A stretch of 44,780 nucleotides of DNA from an uncultured Candidatus Saccharibacteria bacterium (GCA_947097085.1 CAMUQR010000001.1:1-44780), one strand, 5' to 3'. Shown: positions 17,486 to 25,748, numbered from the stretch's first letter. Translations and numbers: made by a program. The notes: generated by a model from the sequence alone, not told the origin.

Positions 17486-17512
17486 AACAGTCACAAACAG
17501 TGGCTGTTTTTT
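17486..17512. terminator. Bidirectional terminator between the 85-aa gene (+) and dprA (-)
   Basis: Stem AACAGTCAC/GTGGCTGTT (one G-U pair) with loop AAACA, flanked by an A-run upstream and T6 downstream. Confidence 0.65.
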
Positions 17513-18380
17513 ATAATTTAAGCATCCAGCGATTGGCGCCGAGCGGTGCGATATGACCGTTAATTTCTAACATAGTTAGATGGAAATTAAACTCGTCAGG
17601 ACTGAGTTTGAGCTGTTGTAGAATCTGGTCGCCATCGCTTACGCCGTCAGCAATTAGTTTGAGAATGCGACTCTGAATTGGGTCGTTAATGATTGGTAAT
17701 TTGGGCTGAGGGTCGGCAATGTTGGAATTAGTGATGCCGAGCGCTAAACAGGCATCTTCAGCTGAGGTGATCAGCTGAGCGCCTTGTTTGATTAAATTAT
17801 GACAACCAACTGACATTGGACTGGTAATTGCGCCTGGGACGGCGAAAACTTCGTGATTTTGACTGAGGGCGTGAGCGGCGGTTGAGAGTGTGCCACTGCG
17901 TGCGGCGGCCTCAACTACAATTACTCCGTCGGCAAGTCCGCTGACAATCCGATTGCGTTCCAAAAACTGATGGGGCAACGCTGGCTGATCGGGCATGTAT
18001 TCACTGAGAATCGCCCCGCCGGAATCTAAAATCTTCTGAGCTAGGTGGCGATTGGTGTGTGGCGTGATGTTATTGAGTCCGCTACCAAGGACGGCAACAG
18101 TTAATCCTCCAGCCTCCAGACAGCCTTTGTGAGCGATGGCGTCAATTCCCAGGGCTAAACCGCTGATTATTATCACACCTTTTTTGGCTAAGTCAAAAGC
18201 TAGTTGATGGGCAATTTGTCGCCCATAGGCGGTGGGTTTACGCGAGCCAACAATGGCGACAATCGGTGCCTCCACCTCTGGTAATTGACCGAGATAATGG
18301 ATTTTTTCGGGTGGTTGATAGGTCTCAACTATCCTATTGAAAAACTTATGCTTAACTGGTGTAATAGATTTAATTTCCAT
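17511..18380 (-). CDS. dprA: DNA-processing protein DprA (Smf)
   Basis: 289-aa ORF with 'VAIVGSRKPTAYG', 'IISGLALGIDAIAHKG' and 'AAARSGTLSTAAHA' Rossmann-like DprA motifs, plus a C-terminal winged-helix-like extension. Confidence 0.9.
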   Translation of the reverse strand: MEIKSITPVKHKFFNRIVETYQPPEKIHYLGQLPEVEAPIVAIVGSRKPTAYGRQIAHQLAFDLAKKGVIIISGLALGIDAIAHKGCLEAGGLTVAVLGSGLNNITPHTNRHLAQKILDSGGAILSEYMPDQPALPHQFLERNRIVSGLADGVIVVEAAARSGTLSTAAHALSQNHEVFAVPGAITSPMSVGCHNLIKQGAQLITSAEDACLALGITNSNIADPQPKLPIINDPIQSRILKLIADGVSDGDQILQQLKLSPDEFNFHLTMLEINGHIAPLGANRWMLKL

Positions 18381-18397
18381 AAAATAGTATTTAATAG

Positions 18398-18426
18398 TTG
18401 ACTTTATATCTAAACTATGCTATAAT
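18398..18426 (+). promoter_or_regulatory. Near-consensus orphan promoter: TTGACT, 17-nt spacer, TATAAT with extended -10 TGC
   Basis: TTGACT at 18398-18403 and TGCTATAAT at 18418-18426. No plus-strand ORF follows. Confidence 0.65.
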
Positions 18427-18432
18427 GAAAAT

Positions 18433-18665
18433 GTTGGTGAGGATTGAGAGCCTCATCGAACATCAGTTTAACACATAGCAAGTTAGAAATATTATCCCCT
18501 TCCCCTTTTTTATTAACAAAACTATCTTGATGTGTGTCATAACCCCTTTAACCGGCGGACCCCAGTGAACTATGAGGTGGGTCACGCTTCTCGGGAGAGC
18601 CCAAAAAGGTGTGTTAAAGGGTCAAATGGCGCTAGGTGATGCCCACCCTTACCTAGCGCTTTTTG
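18433..18665 (+). ncRNA. Candidate ~230-nt small RNA of unassigned class, bounded by a consensus promoter and an intrinsic terminator
   Basis: No ORF beyond a 15-17-codon micro-ORF. There is a 5' hairpin TGTTGGTGAGG...CCTCATCgAACA, a long-range stem 18473-18484/18524-18535, a 9-bp stem CCCTTTAAC/GTTAAAGGG and a terminal hairpin plus T-run. The 3' end is antisense to the last codons of pth. Confidence 0.4.
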
Positions 18666-18672
18666 ATTTTTT
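18629..18672 (+). terminator. Plus-strand intrinsic terminator
   Basis: 9-bp stem GCGCTAGGT/ACCTAGCGC (18629-18637/18651-18659) followed by TTTTTGATTTTTT. On the minus strand the same hairpin is not followed by a T-run. Confidence 0.65.
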
Positions 18673-19233
18673 AACGAGTTTATAGGTGGAGTTTTCAAAA
18701 GAACCACTAATGAAGTTTTGGGTCAGAATCTGGACTTGGTTCGAGATGTCGGATAGGAATTGCTGTTCATCCTTGGTAAAATGCCCCAGGACGAAGTCGG
18801 ATTTAGCGATGAGGTTGCGTTTGTCATTGTTGATGCCGATTTTGATACGACGGAAGTCGACTCCAATTTGGCTAATGATCGATTGTAGACCTTTATTCCC
18901 GCCAGCACTACCTGTGTCGCGGGTTTTAATTACACCAAAATCAAGTGACAGATCATCATGTAAAACTAATAAATCAGTAGTAAAATTGATTTTATAAAAA
19001 TCAGCAATGGTTTTTAAAGTAAAACCGGTGAGATTATAAAAAGTGGTGGGTTTAACTAATAAAACTTTTTCGCCACTGATGCGCAGTTCACAAACTAGCG
19101 CCCGAAAAGCCTTTTTTTCGCTCCAAATCCCCTGGTAATTGCGAGCGATGTCGTCAATAATTCGAAAACCGACATTGTGGCGGGTATTATTGTAATTATT
19201 GCCAACGTTCCCCTGAGCCAAAATTAATTTCAT
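18649..19233 (-). CDS. pth: Peptidyl-tRNA hydrolase
   Basis: 194-aa ORF with 'GNVGNNYNNTRHNVGF' and 'LVLHDDLSLDFG' Pth motifs. AAGGAA RBS. Confidence 0.9.
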   Translation of the reverse strand: MKLILAQGNVGNNYNNTRHNVGFRIIDDIARNYQGIWSEKKAFRALVCELRISGEKVLLVKPTTFYNLTGFTLKTIADFYKINFTTDLLVLHDDLSLDFGVIKTRDTGSAGGNKGLQSIISQIGVDFRRIKIGINNDKRNLIAKSDFVLGHFTKDEQQFLSDISNQVQILTQNFISGSFENSTYKLVKKSKSAR

Positions 19234-19273
19234 AGCATTTCCTTTATTAAAACTTATGGTTATATTTTAACAC

Positions 19274-19298
19274 AAAAACCGCCTCCTTGGGCGGTTTT
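19274..19298. terminator. Bidirectional hairpin terminator (AAAACCGCC-tccttg-GGCGGTTTT)
   Basis: GC stem flanked by an A-run and a T-run. It lies just downstream (minus strand) of the 71-aa gene. Confidence 0.6.
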
Positions 19299-19317
19299 GT
19301 CTTTGTTTAAAAAAAGT

Positions 19318-19533
19318 TTATTTTTCGCAGTCGGCTTTGTTGCCTTCTAGACAAGAGATACGTTTATTAAGATAGATATTATTTTCGGAGTTGGTGCTGA
19401 GGACTTTATTGTTAGAGACTTGAAACTGATTCCATGAATAAACAATACCGCATAGCCACAAAGTATTGATAATAGTTAAGATTAGAATAATTACTTGCAA
19501 AATTGTGATTGTCTGTTTTTTGTCTTTACTCAT
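19318..19533 (-). CDS. Small single-pass membrane protein of unknown function
   Basis: 71-aa ORF with a strong AAGGAG RBS, one TM helix (ILQVIILILTIINTLWLCGIV), two C-terminal Cys residues and its own terminator. Confidence 0.5.
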   Translation of the reverse strand: MSKDKKQTITILQVIILILTIINTLWLCGIVYSWNQFQVSNNKVLSTNSENNIYLNKRISCLEGNKADCEK

Positions 19534-19666
19534 GAAAGCTCCTTTTGGGTTAAGAATATTACCAGTAGGCGTTTTTCATTTGAACGCCCTCCCTTCTAAA
19601 AAGTACTAACTCACAAAAGCGAGTTGCAAGAATAGTATAGCATAAGAGTTTTTAAAAAATAAATTA

Positions 19667-20431
19667 TCAGATAAGATTTTTAGCAAATAAGAGTTTAGTT
19701 GATAGCTTGGTTGGTTTGAGTTTTTGGAGGGCTAAAAAGACGATGAATAGCAAAACATTGAACGCTAGCAAGACCACCAGATTATAGAGTGGCGTTGGCC
19801 AGTCGAGCTGGATGGATTTGAGCGGGAGGCGGTTGAGATAGCAGTAATTCGTGCCGGCCAGATAATTAAAACCAATCATAATAAGATGAAAAGCGTTAGT
19901 GATAATGGCGATATGGCGGAGCGAATCAAGATTGAGGCGTGGGTTGGTTTTGACAAAATAAACCGCTGTCCATAATAACGTGATATGCCCGACGAAATAC
20001 GAAACATAGCCCCAATGCGGGAATAGGAACTGATCAGGGTTGATGATTAGTAGTGCGATGATTCCACCGAAAATCCCCCAATAAATTGTAATCAGACGAG
20101 CGATTTTGTTGTTGGTGAGCAGACCGATAATCGCACAAAAAATCGCAATTCGGCAGTTATAAAGTGGCAAGGCTTCAGCTAGATCAAAATGTTGACCAGC
20201 TGAAAAATGCCAAGCGTACATAATTGCCTGTTGGGCGAGTAGTGTGTAAGCTAGGATTTTTTTGAACTTCTCTTGTTTAAAAATTAAGTAGTAATCACTG
20301 ATAATAAACATACAGCCCAGCGTGGTCAGCGCCAGAAGCATCAGGTGCGTCTGGTCAAAAGTTGCCATGCTAATCGCCCCATCGGGCTGATGACGAAAAA
20401 ATTGCTGAAAAAAACTAATTAATCCCACCAC
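19667..20431 (-). CDS. Polytopic integral membrane protein (possibly YwaF/TIGR02206-like)
   Basis: 254-aa ORF with about 7 predicted TM helices. The GTG start is preceded by an AAGGAG that sits inside the last der codons, which indicates translational coupling. The family assignment is tentative. Confidence 0.55.
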   Translation of the reverse strand: MVGLISFFQQFFRHQPDGAISMATFDQTHLMLLALTTLGCMFIISDYYLIFKQEKFKKILAYTLLAQQAIMYAWHFSAGQHFDLAEALPLYNCRIAIFCAIIGLLTNNKIARLITIYWGIFGGIIALLIINPDQFLFPHWGYVSYFVGHITLLWTAVYFVKTNPRLNLDSLRHIAIITNAFHLIMIGFNYLAGTNYCYLNRLPLKSIQLDWPTPLYNLVVLLAFNVLLFIVFLALQKLKPTKLSTKLLFAKNLI

Positions 20432-20434
20432 TGA

Positions 20435-21892
20435 TTATCTCCTTGGAGCTGAGCGTTTATTAGCGGTAGTGCGACGGCTGCTGAGGCTAGTCGAGCGAGT
20501 CGATGACTGACGTTTGGTGGTTGGCTGAGCGGTTTTGTCGGTTTTGGTGGTTTTGTCGAGGCCGGCTTCACGATTCTTGGCGATTTGTTTTTCGTCACGG
20601 AAGGAGAATTTGATCGGTGTGCCGGTAAAATCAAAATTATCGCGCACGGTGCTATCGAGATAGCGCTTATAGCTCCAGTGCAGGAACTTGAGATTAGAAC
20701 CATAAACCACAAACCAAGGCGGGCTATTGTCGGTTTGAACCATATAGCGTAGTTTTGGATAGGTGTTTTTGAGGCCAGCTGGTGGATGCTTGAGCTTGGC
20801 TTCGGTCAAGATTTGGTTGAGTTGACGAGTTGGAATAGTCTGTCGGCGACGTTTCATGATGTCGAGTGTTAGATCGAACAGTTTGGCGACGTTTTTGCCA
20901 GTGATACTTGAGGTAAAAATCAGTGGTGCATAAGGCGTGAACTGAAAATCATGCGTAATTCGGCGCATAATGCGGTCTTTGGTTTCTTTTTCGGGAATTA
21001 AATCGCTCTTGGAAATTGCAATAATTAGTCCCCGACCAGCTTCATCAATAATGCCAGCTAATTTGTGGTCGAGCTGAGTGCTGTATTCGGTGCCATCAAT
21101 CACTAACACACAAATATCGGCCTCTTCGATAGCTTGTAGGGTACGTAAAACCGAAAACTTCTCGATGCCGACTTGTTGCTTGCCTGGTTTGCGGTAACCG
21201 GCGGTGTCGATAAATTCAATCGGTTGCTGGTGATAATTGATGGTAATGCGGTTAAGGTCACGGGTAGTGCCAGCGATGTTGGCGACGACGGCCTGCTGTT
21301 TACCAGCTAAGGTGTTAAACAAGAAACTTTTGCCGACATTAGGGCGACCGATCAGGGCAACTTTGGTTTTAATGGTGGTTGGTTGGATTGTGACTTCGGG
21401 AATGAGTGATTCGAGATGGTTGGACAATTCAGCGATGCCAGAATTGTGATTGGCGGATGTATAAAAAATATCTTTGATGCCGAGTCTGAGCCATTCTTCA
21501 CGGGCGACGCTGGAGCGCAAGTCGGTTTTATTAACAACTAGAACGACGGGTTTGCGGTTTTTGAGGGCGGTTTTGGCGATTTGGCGGTCGTCTTGAGTCG
21601 GAAATAACGTGCTATCGACCACCACCATAATTACATCAGCGAGCTCGACGGCTTCGGCAATTTGATCTTGGATACTAGCTTCGAACTCGTCGGCCGGGTC
21701 TTTGAGGCCAGCGGTGTCGACTAACCAGCTGGTTTTTTGCCCAAATTTAACCTGTGCCAAGACGTTGTCTCGGGTGGTGCCGGCTTCTTTAGCGACGATA
21801 GCCTGCCGACTACCGACCAGTCGATTGAACAGCGAGCTTTTGCCAACATTGGCTTGGCCGATAATAGCGATATTAGGTAATGATTTTTTCAT
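20435..21892 (-). CDS. der: Ribosome-biogenesis GTPase Der (EngA) with a basic C-terminal extension
   Basis: Two tandem G domains (P-loops 'GQANVGKSSLFNRL' and 'GRPNVGKSFLFNTL', with 'DTAG' in both) plus a KH-like domain. An extra Ser/Thr/Arg/Lys tail of about 50 aa follows. Confidence 0.95.
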   Translation of the reverse strand: MKKSLPNIAIIGQANVGKSSLFNRLVGSRQAIVAKEAGTTRDNVLAQVKFGQKTSWLVDTAGLKDPADEFEASIQDQIAEAVELADVIMVVVDSTLFPTQDDRQIAKTALKNRKPVVLVVNKTDLRSSVAREEWLRLGIKDIFYTSANHNSGIAELSNHLESLIPEVTIQPTTIKTKVALIGRPNVGKSFLFNTLAGKQQAVVANIAGTTRDLNRITINYHQQPIEFIDTAGYRKPGKQQVGIEKFSVLRTLQAIEEADICVLVIDGTEYSTQLDHKLAGIIDEAGRGLIIAISKSDLIPEKETKDRIMRRITHDFQFTPYAPLIFTSSITGKNVAKLFDLTLDIMKRRRQTIPTRQLNQILTEAKLKHPPAGLKNTYPKLRYMVQTDNSPPWFVVYGSNLKFLHWSYKRYLDSTVRDNFDFTGTPIKFSFRDEKQIAKNREAGLDKTTKTDKTAQPTTKRQSSTRSTSLSSRRTTANKRSAPRR

Positions 21893-21908
21893 AGATTAAC
21901 TCTTCTAT

Positions 21909-21917
21909 ATTATAACA
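21909..21917 (-). promoter_or_regulatory. Extended -10 TGTTATAAT (minus strand) upstream of der
   Basis: The reverse complement of ATTATAACA lies 17 nt upstream of the der ATG. Confidence 0.45.
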
Positions 21918-21938
21918 TATTTTGTAGATTTTTGGAAG

Positions 21939-22628
21939 CTATTTGATAATTGTATATTCGCCAGGCTTGAGAGTGGTTAGCTGATACGGACCAAATTGAA
22001 TACGGTGGAGTTTGACCACTTCATAGCCAAGAGAAGCAAAAGTTCGGCGAATTTGGCGGTTGCGACCTTCATTCATCGTTACCTGCCAATCTCGTCGATG
22101 GTCATCAGATAAGCGACTGAGATTGAGCTGACTACGTCCGTCAGCTAAGGTCACGCCAAAATCGTTAATCATTTGCTGATGAAGTGGTGCCAAATCAACA
22201 TCAAGGCGGACTTTATAAACCTTGGTTTTTTGAAAACTGGGATGAGTCATGCGATGGATAAAATTACCATCACTGGCCATTAGGATTAGGCCGGAGCTAT
22301 TTTTATCGAGTCGTCCGACGGTTTTGAGGTGATGTAAGTGATTTGGTAATAAATCGTAAATCGTGCGGTCGCCTTTTTGGTGACGGCGTGAACAAGTGAC
22401 GCCAGTTGGTTTATTAAGGGCGATGAGCTGTGGACGATTTTGAACCTGAAGAGGCTGATTATTAACCATGATGTGGTCGCTGGATGCGACTTTTTGTCCA
22501 ATGATCGCTGATTGGTCATTAACCTTAACTCTGCCTTGTTCAATTAGCTCGTCAGCCTGGCGTCGAGAAATACCCAGAACTGTCGCTAGATGTTTATTAA
22601 GGCGGACAAGTTCAGAATCACTAGTCAT
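21939..22628 (-). CDS. RsuA/RluB-family pseudouridine synthase
   Basis: 229-aa ORF with an N-terminal S4 domain ('RLNKHLATVLGISRRQADELIEQGRVKVN') and the catalytic 'GRLDKNSSGL' motif. Confidence 0.85.
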   Translation of the reverse strand: MTSDSELVRLNKHLATVLGISRRQADELIEQGRVKVNDQSAIIGQKVASSDHIMVNNQPLQVQNRPQLIALNKPTGVTCSRRHQKGDRTIYDLLPNHLHHLKTVGRLDKNSSGLILMASDGNFIHRMTHPSFQKTKVYKVRLDVDLAPLHQQMINDFGVTLADGRSQLNLSRLSDDHRRDWQVTMNEGRNRQIRRTFASLGYEVVKLHRIQFGPYQLTTLKPGEYTIIK

Positions 22629-23340
22629 TGGTTTGTTCGCGTTCTGGAATCAGGTCGCGCAAAGAAGTTGGTTGACGGTATTGTGGTTTAATATTGACGT
22701 CGGTTGATGATGTGCTTGGGGTTGGTGCAGTGCGATGTAAACTCTCGCCATTGGTCTGAATAGCCTCGTCTACTTCAGAGTTAGAAAATTGTGGCGTGGC
22801 ATTGACGACGGGATTGACGGCTGGTTGGAACTGAGGTGCTGGAGAAATTGGTTGATCGGCATTAATATCGTTAGCTACTGGTGCATCAGGTGTCATAACG
22901 GTGTCGTTGTTCGTCGGGGTTGAAGTATTATCAATAGCTTCAGCAAAAGCGTCTTGTTGTGGAATGTGGACGCGTCCCTCGAGGAGATCTTTAACTGCTT
23001 GAACAACATCTTCAATTCCAACTTGTGATTTGACTAAATAAATATCGGCTCCGAGTTGTTCACCACGTTCGCGTTGATCCTCGCTGGAGAGTGCGGTCAT
23101 AATAATGACTTTAGTGTCTTTGATTTCAGGAGTGCTACGCAAAATATCGAGCATATCAAAACCAGAGATTTTAGGCATCATGACGTCGCTCAGGATTAAA
23201 TCTGGTTTTTCTTTGAGGGCGACATTGAGGGCTTCTTCTCCATCGCCCGCAATTAGCATCTGATAGCCTTCAGAACCGAGGCGTACGCCGTAGATTTCTT
23301 GTAAGCTTTTGTCGTCTTCTACTAAAAGGATTTTGGTCAT
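22621..23340 (-). CDS. Response regulator: receiver domain plus a ~115-aa Pro/Gln/Asn/Thr-rich tail with no recognisable output domain
   Basis: 'KILLVEDDKSL', 'DLILSDVMMPKISGFD' and 'IMTALSSE' are REC motifs. The C-terminal half is low complexity. It overlaps the downstream synthase gene by 8 nt. Confidence 0.85.
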   Translation of the reverse strand: MTKILLVEDDKSLQEIYGVRLGSEGYQMLIAGDGEEALNVALKEKPDLILSDVMMPKISGFDMLDILRSTPEIKDTKVIIMTALSSEDQRERGEQLGADIYLVKSQVGIEDVVQAVKDLLEGRVHIPQQDAFAEAIDNTSTPTNNDTVMTPDAPVANDINADQPISPAPQFQPAVNPVVNATPQFSNSEVDEAIQTNGESLHRTAPTPSTSSTDVNIKPQYRQPTSLRDLIPEREQTND

Positions 23341-23444
23341 ATTTACTCCATGTGGTTTGCTAAATTTGTGTTCACTTCAAGTTAATGAAATAATCTTGCT
23401 TATGTTTATTATATAAAAAAATAGCAAAAAATACTATATGAAAA

Positions 23445-24914
23445 TTATGATTGGGCGGTGGGTGGAATGGTTGAAGGCTGGGATTGTGGCTGGGCGGTAG
23501 CTGGTTGGGAAACGGTTTGAGATGTGTCAGTGTGGGCTTGAGGAGCGGTCGATGGAGCGACGGTGGGGATTTGGCGGGCATCGTGCGCTTGGAGCTGAGT
23601 AGCGCGGGCTTGATCGATGCGGTTGAGCTCTACATAAAAAGTACTACCTTTGCCGAGAGTACTCTCCGCCCAAATACGTCCGTGGAGATGCTCAATGATT
23701 TTACGACAGAGGTATAAGCCTAAACCAGTACCGCCAATCTCGCGGGTTTCGGAATTGTCAACTCGGTAGAACTTTTGAAATAAATGTGGAATATCTTCGG
23801 GTGGAATGCCGATGCCAGTGTCGCTAATTGATATTTGCGCCAAGTCCCCTTCTTTAATTACAATGTTGACGGTAACAGTGCCTTGTGGAGTATATTTGAT
23901 GGCATTTTCGATTAAATTAGAGACGACTTCGTGCAGGAGATTTTTATCAGTGTGAACAAGGATATCGGGATTGAGTAATTTGGAACGACTGGTAGTTGGT
24001 AAAAAGATTAAATTAACGTTCGACTGCTGAAGTTGCGGTTGGAAATCACTGCAGATCCGATTAACAAAATCAATTAAATTGATAACTTGTGGAGTGATAA
24101 TGAGTGATTTATCTTCGGCTTTGGAGATGCTGAGGAGGTTTTTAAAGAGTTCACCGAGGTGCTCGACTGATGCTTGGGCTTTGCCGATATAATCGCGGGC
24201 TTTATCATCAACTTGAGAAATTTTGGGGTTAAGTGCTAAGCCGAGATAGCCGTTGATGGTGGCAATTGGGGTGCGCATTTCGTGACTAGCGGTGCTGATA
24301 AACTCGAGCTGTTCGCGTTCTTTGTCGAGTTCGCGGGAAATATCACGAAACGCAATCAATAAATCATTCGATTCGTCGCTAATCGGGGAGATATGCATAG
24401 CAATTGGGATGATTTTATCGCTGTGAGTTTTGATTTTGATTAAATCAATTTGGTTGGTAGCGTAAGTACGGCGACTAGTTTCGATTGGATTGTGGTCGAG
24501 ATTGAGCGGAGTGTTTTCTTGGCTAACGAATTTCAAAACAATTTGGTAGGAGATGTCCATAGCTTCCTGGGCGGAAAATCCAGTAATCAAGGAAGCTTGT
24601 TTATTAAAAAACTGAATAATCCCCTGATTGTTGATAACAATAATACCATCTGACAAGGAATTAAGCAGACGGTTGGAAGTGGCAAAATCTTGTTGGCTGA
24701 AACGGTTGTTTTCTTGAGGCGTGGTGTCTTTAAATAAAACAACGGTGCGTATGATTAAAACGATGGCAATGAGGATTTGAGCAGTTAAAATTGCATAATT
24801 AATTTGGCCTGAACTAATCATCACCCAGCCAAGCACGATGACCGATAATAACAGCGTTAAACAGCAAATGATATGGCTTAGATGATGTTTGGAATTGGTC
24901 TGATTCATGTTCAA
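23445..24914 (-). CDS. Sensor histidine kinase (2 TM, PAS, HisKA, HATPase_c) with a Pro/Gln/Thr/Ala-rich tail
   Basis: H-box 'ASHEMRTPI', N-box 'NLIENAIKYT', G1 'DTGIGI' and G2 'GGTGLGL'. A PAS-like region is 'LSDGIIVINNQGIIQFFNKQASLITG'. Confidence 0.9.
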   Translation of the reverse strand: MNMNQTNSKHHLSHIICCLTLLLSVIVLGWVMISSGQINYAILTAQILIAIVLIIRTVVLFKDTTPQENNRFSQQDFATSNRLLNSLSDGIIVINNQGIIQFFNKQASLITGFSAQEAMDISYQIVLKFVSQENTPLNLDHNPIETSRRTYATNQIDLIKIKTHSDKIIPIAMHISPISDESNDLLIAFRDISRELDKEREQLEFISTASHEMRTPIATINGYLGLALNPKISQVDDKARDYIGKAQASVEHLGELFKNLLSISKAEDKSLIITPQVINLIDFVNRICSDFQPQLQQSNVNLIFLPTTSRSKLLNPDILVHTDKNLLHEVVSNLIENAIKYTPQGTVTVNIVIKEGDLAQISISDTGIGIPPEDIPHLFQKFYRVDNSETREIGGTGLGLYLCRKIIEHLHGRIWAESTLGKGSTFYVELNRIDQARATQLQAHDARQIPTVAPSTAPQAHTDTSQTVSQPATAQPQSQPSTIPPTAQS

Positions 24915-24950
24915 TACGTTCGAATAATTGGTATGTTTTTATTATAACAT

Positions 24951-24959
24951 AAGCAGAAT
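24951..24959 (-). promoter_or_regulatory. Extended -10 TGTTATAAT (minus strand) upstream of the kinase/regulator operon
   Basis: The reverse complement of ATTATAACA lies 37 nt upstream of the kinase ATG. Confidence 0.45.
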
Positions 24960-24960
24960 C

Positions 24961-24999
24961 AAAAAATCTCCCTGAGCTAATGCAGAACTGGGAGATTTT
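24961..24999 (-). terminator. Terminator downstream of the cupin gene
   Basis: 10-bp stem AAAATCTCCC/GGGAGATTTT with a 17-nt loop. A T-run follows on the minus strand. Confidence 0.55.
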
Positions 25000-25023
25000 G
25001 ATGGGTTTTTAACAAAAACAATT

Positions 25024-25464
25024 CTAGTTGTGATGTTCGTGCTCTTCGGCTTCATCGGCTTCGGCACGGGTGGCATGAACTGTCCCAAACGGATGGTGGA
25101 CTGGTGCGTAAATCGAGTAGAGCTTAAGTGGTTGGTCGCCAATGTTAATCACATTGTGCCATTTGCCAAGTGGGATAAAAATCCCGGCGTCTTCTTCAGC
25201 GACTTGTTCAAAAGTAATATCGGTTTCAGAATTACCCATTTTAACTAAAGCCCTGCCCTGTTCAACGCGCAGGAATTGGTCGTTGGCATTGTGGATTTCG
25301 CCACCAATATCACCACCGACCTCAATGCTCATCAGAGTCATCTGTAATTGTTCGCCAGTCCAAACGGCTGTGCGGAAGTTGTGATTGGAAGTAGTGAAAT
25401 CTTCTAAATCGACTACAAAAGGCTGTTTGCCGTAATCTTTTAGTTCCATAAAATATCCTTTCAA
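25024..25464 (-). CDS. Cupin-domain protein
   Basis: 146-aa ORF with a beta-barrel cupin pattern ('GGEIHNANDQFLRVEQGRALV...IPLGKWHNVINIG') and an acidic/His-rich C-terminus. AAGGA RBS, with an extended -10 (TGGTATAAT, minus strand) at 25503-25511. Confidence 0.7.
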   Translation of the reverse strand: MKGYFMELKDYGKQPFVVDLEDFTTSNHNFRTAVWTGEQLQMTLMSIEVGGDIGGEIHNANDQFLRVEQGRALVKMGNSETDITFEQVAEEDAGIFIPLGKWHNVINIGDQPLKLYSIYAPVHHPFGTVHATRAEADEAEEHEHHN

Positions 25465-25543
25465 AATTGATCAAAATAATACGAGGTAATGCCTCAAGAT
25501 ATATTATACCATGCTAATTGGGCAAAATCATCAGTAAAAACTC

Positions 25544-25572
25544 TTGACTTTAAAAAGTTAGTATGTTATTAT
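25544..25572 (+). promoter_or_regulatory. Orphan promoter: TTGACT, 17-nt spacer, TATTAT with extended -10 TGT
   Basis: TTGACT at 25544-25549 and TGTTATTAT at 25564-25572. It is divergent from the cupin promoter, and no ORF follows. Confidence 0.6.
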
Positions 25573-25578
25573 TTACTT

Positions 25579-25723
25579 TGAAAGAGCCGAAAAGAGCTAT
25601 TTTTTACGGACGAGAGTAGAAAATATTTTTTATAAGTTAGTCGAGTCATTTTTTCATAACCTCCTCTCCGCTCTCGTCCGTACATATCCCCCTCGCCCCC
25701 ACGTAATGTGGGGGTTTAAATTT
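25579..25723 (+). ncRNA. Candidate ~145-nt small RNA of unassigned class
   Basis: Perfect 12-bp stem TACGGACGAGAG/CTCTCGTCCGTA (25605-25616/25671-25682) encloses a 54-nt A/U-rich loop that ends in ACCUCCUCUCC. A terminator hairpin CCCCCAC-gtaat-GTGGGGG (25696-25714) plus TTTAAATTT follows. Confidence 0.4.
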
Positions 25724-25748
25724 GGTGGAGTGAGGTGATAGTTATCAA

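Noticed and set aside
18433-18665. Assigning the candidate sRNA to SRP RNA, tmRNA, RNase P RNA or 6S RNA
   Set aside because: I found no GGAAGCAGCC-type SRP domain IV, no GAGGAAAGUCC P4 motif, no tRNA-Ala-like termini and no end-to-end 6S-type helix. It is left unclassified, pending a covariance-model search.
23372-23581. 69-aa Pro-rich minus-strand ORF
   Set aside because: It is an alternative frame over the low-complexity tail of the histidine kinase and the following spacer. The composition is an artefact.
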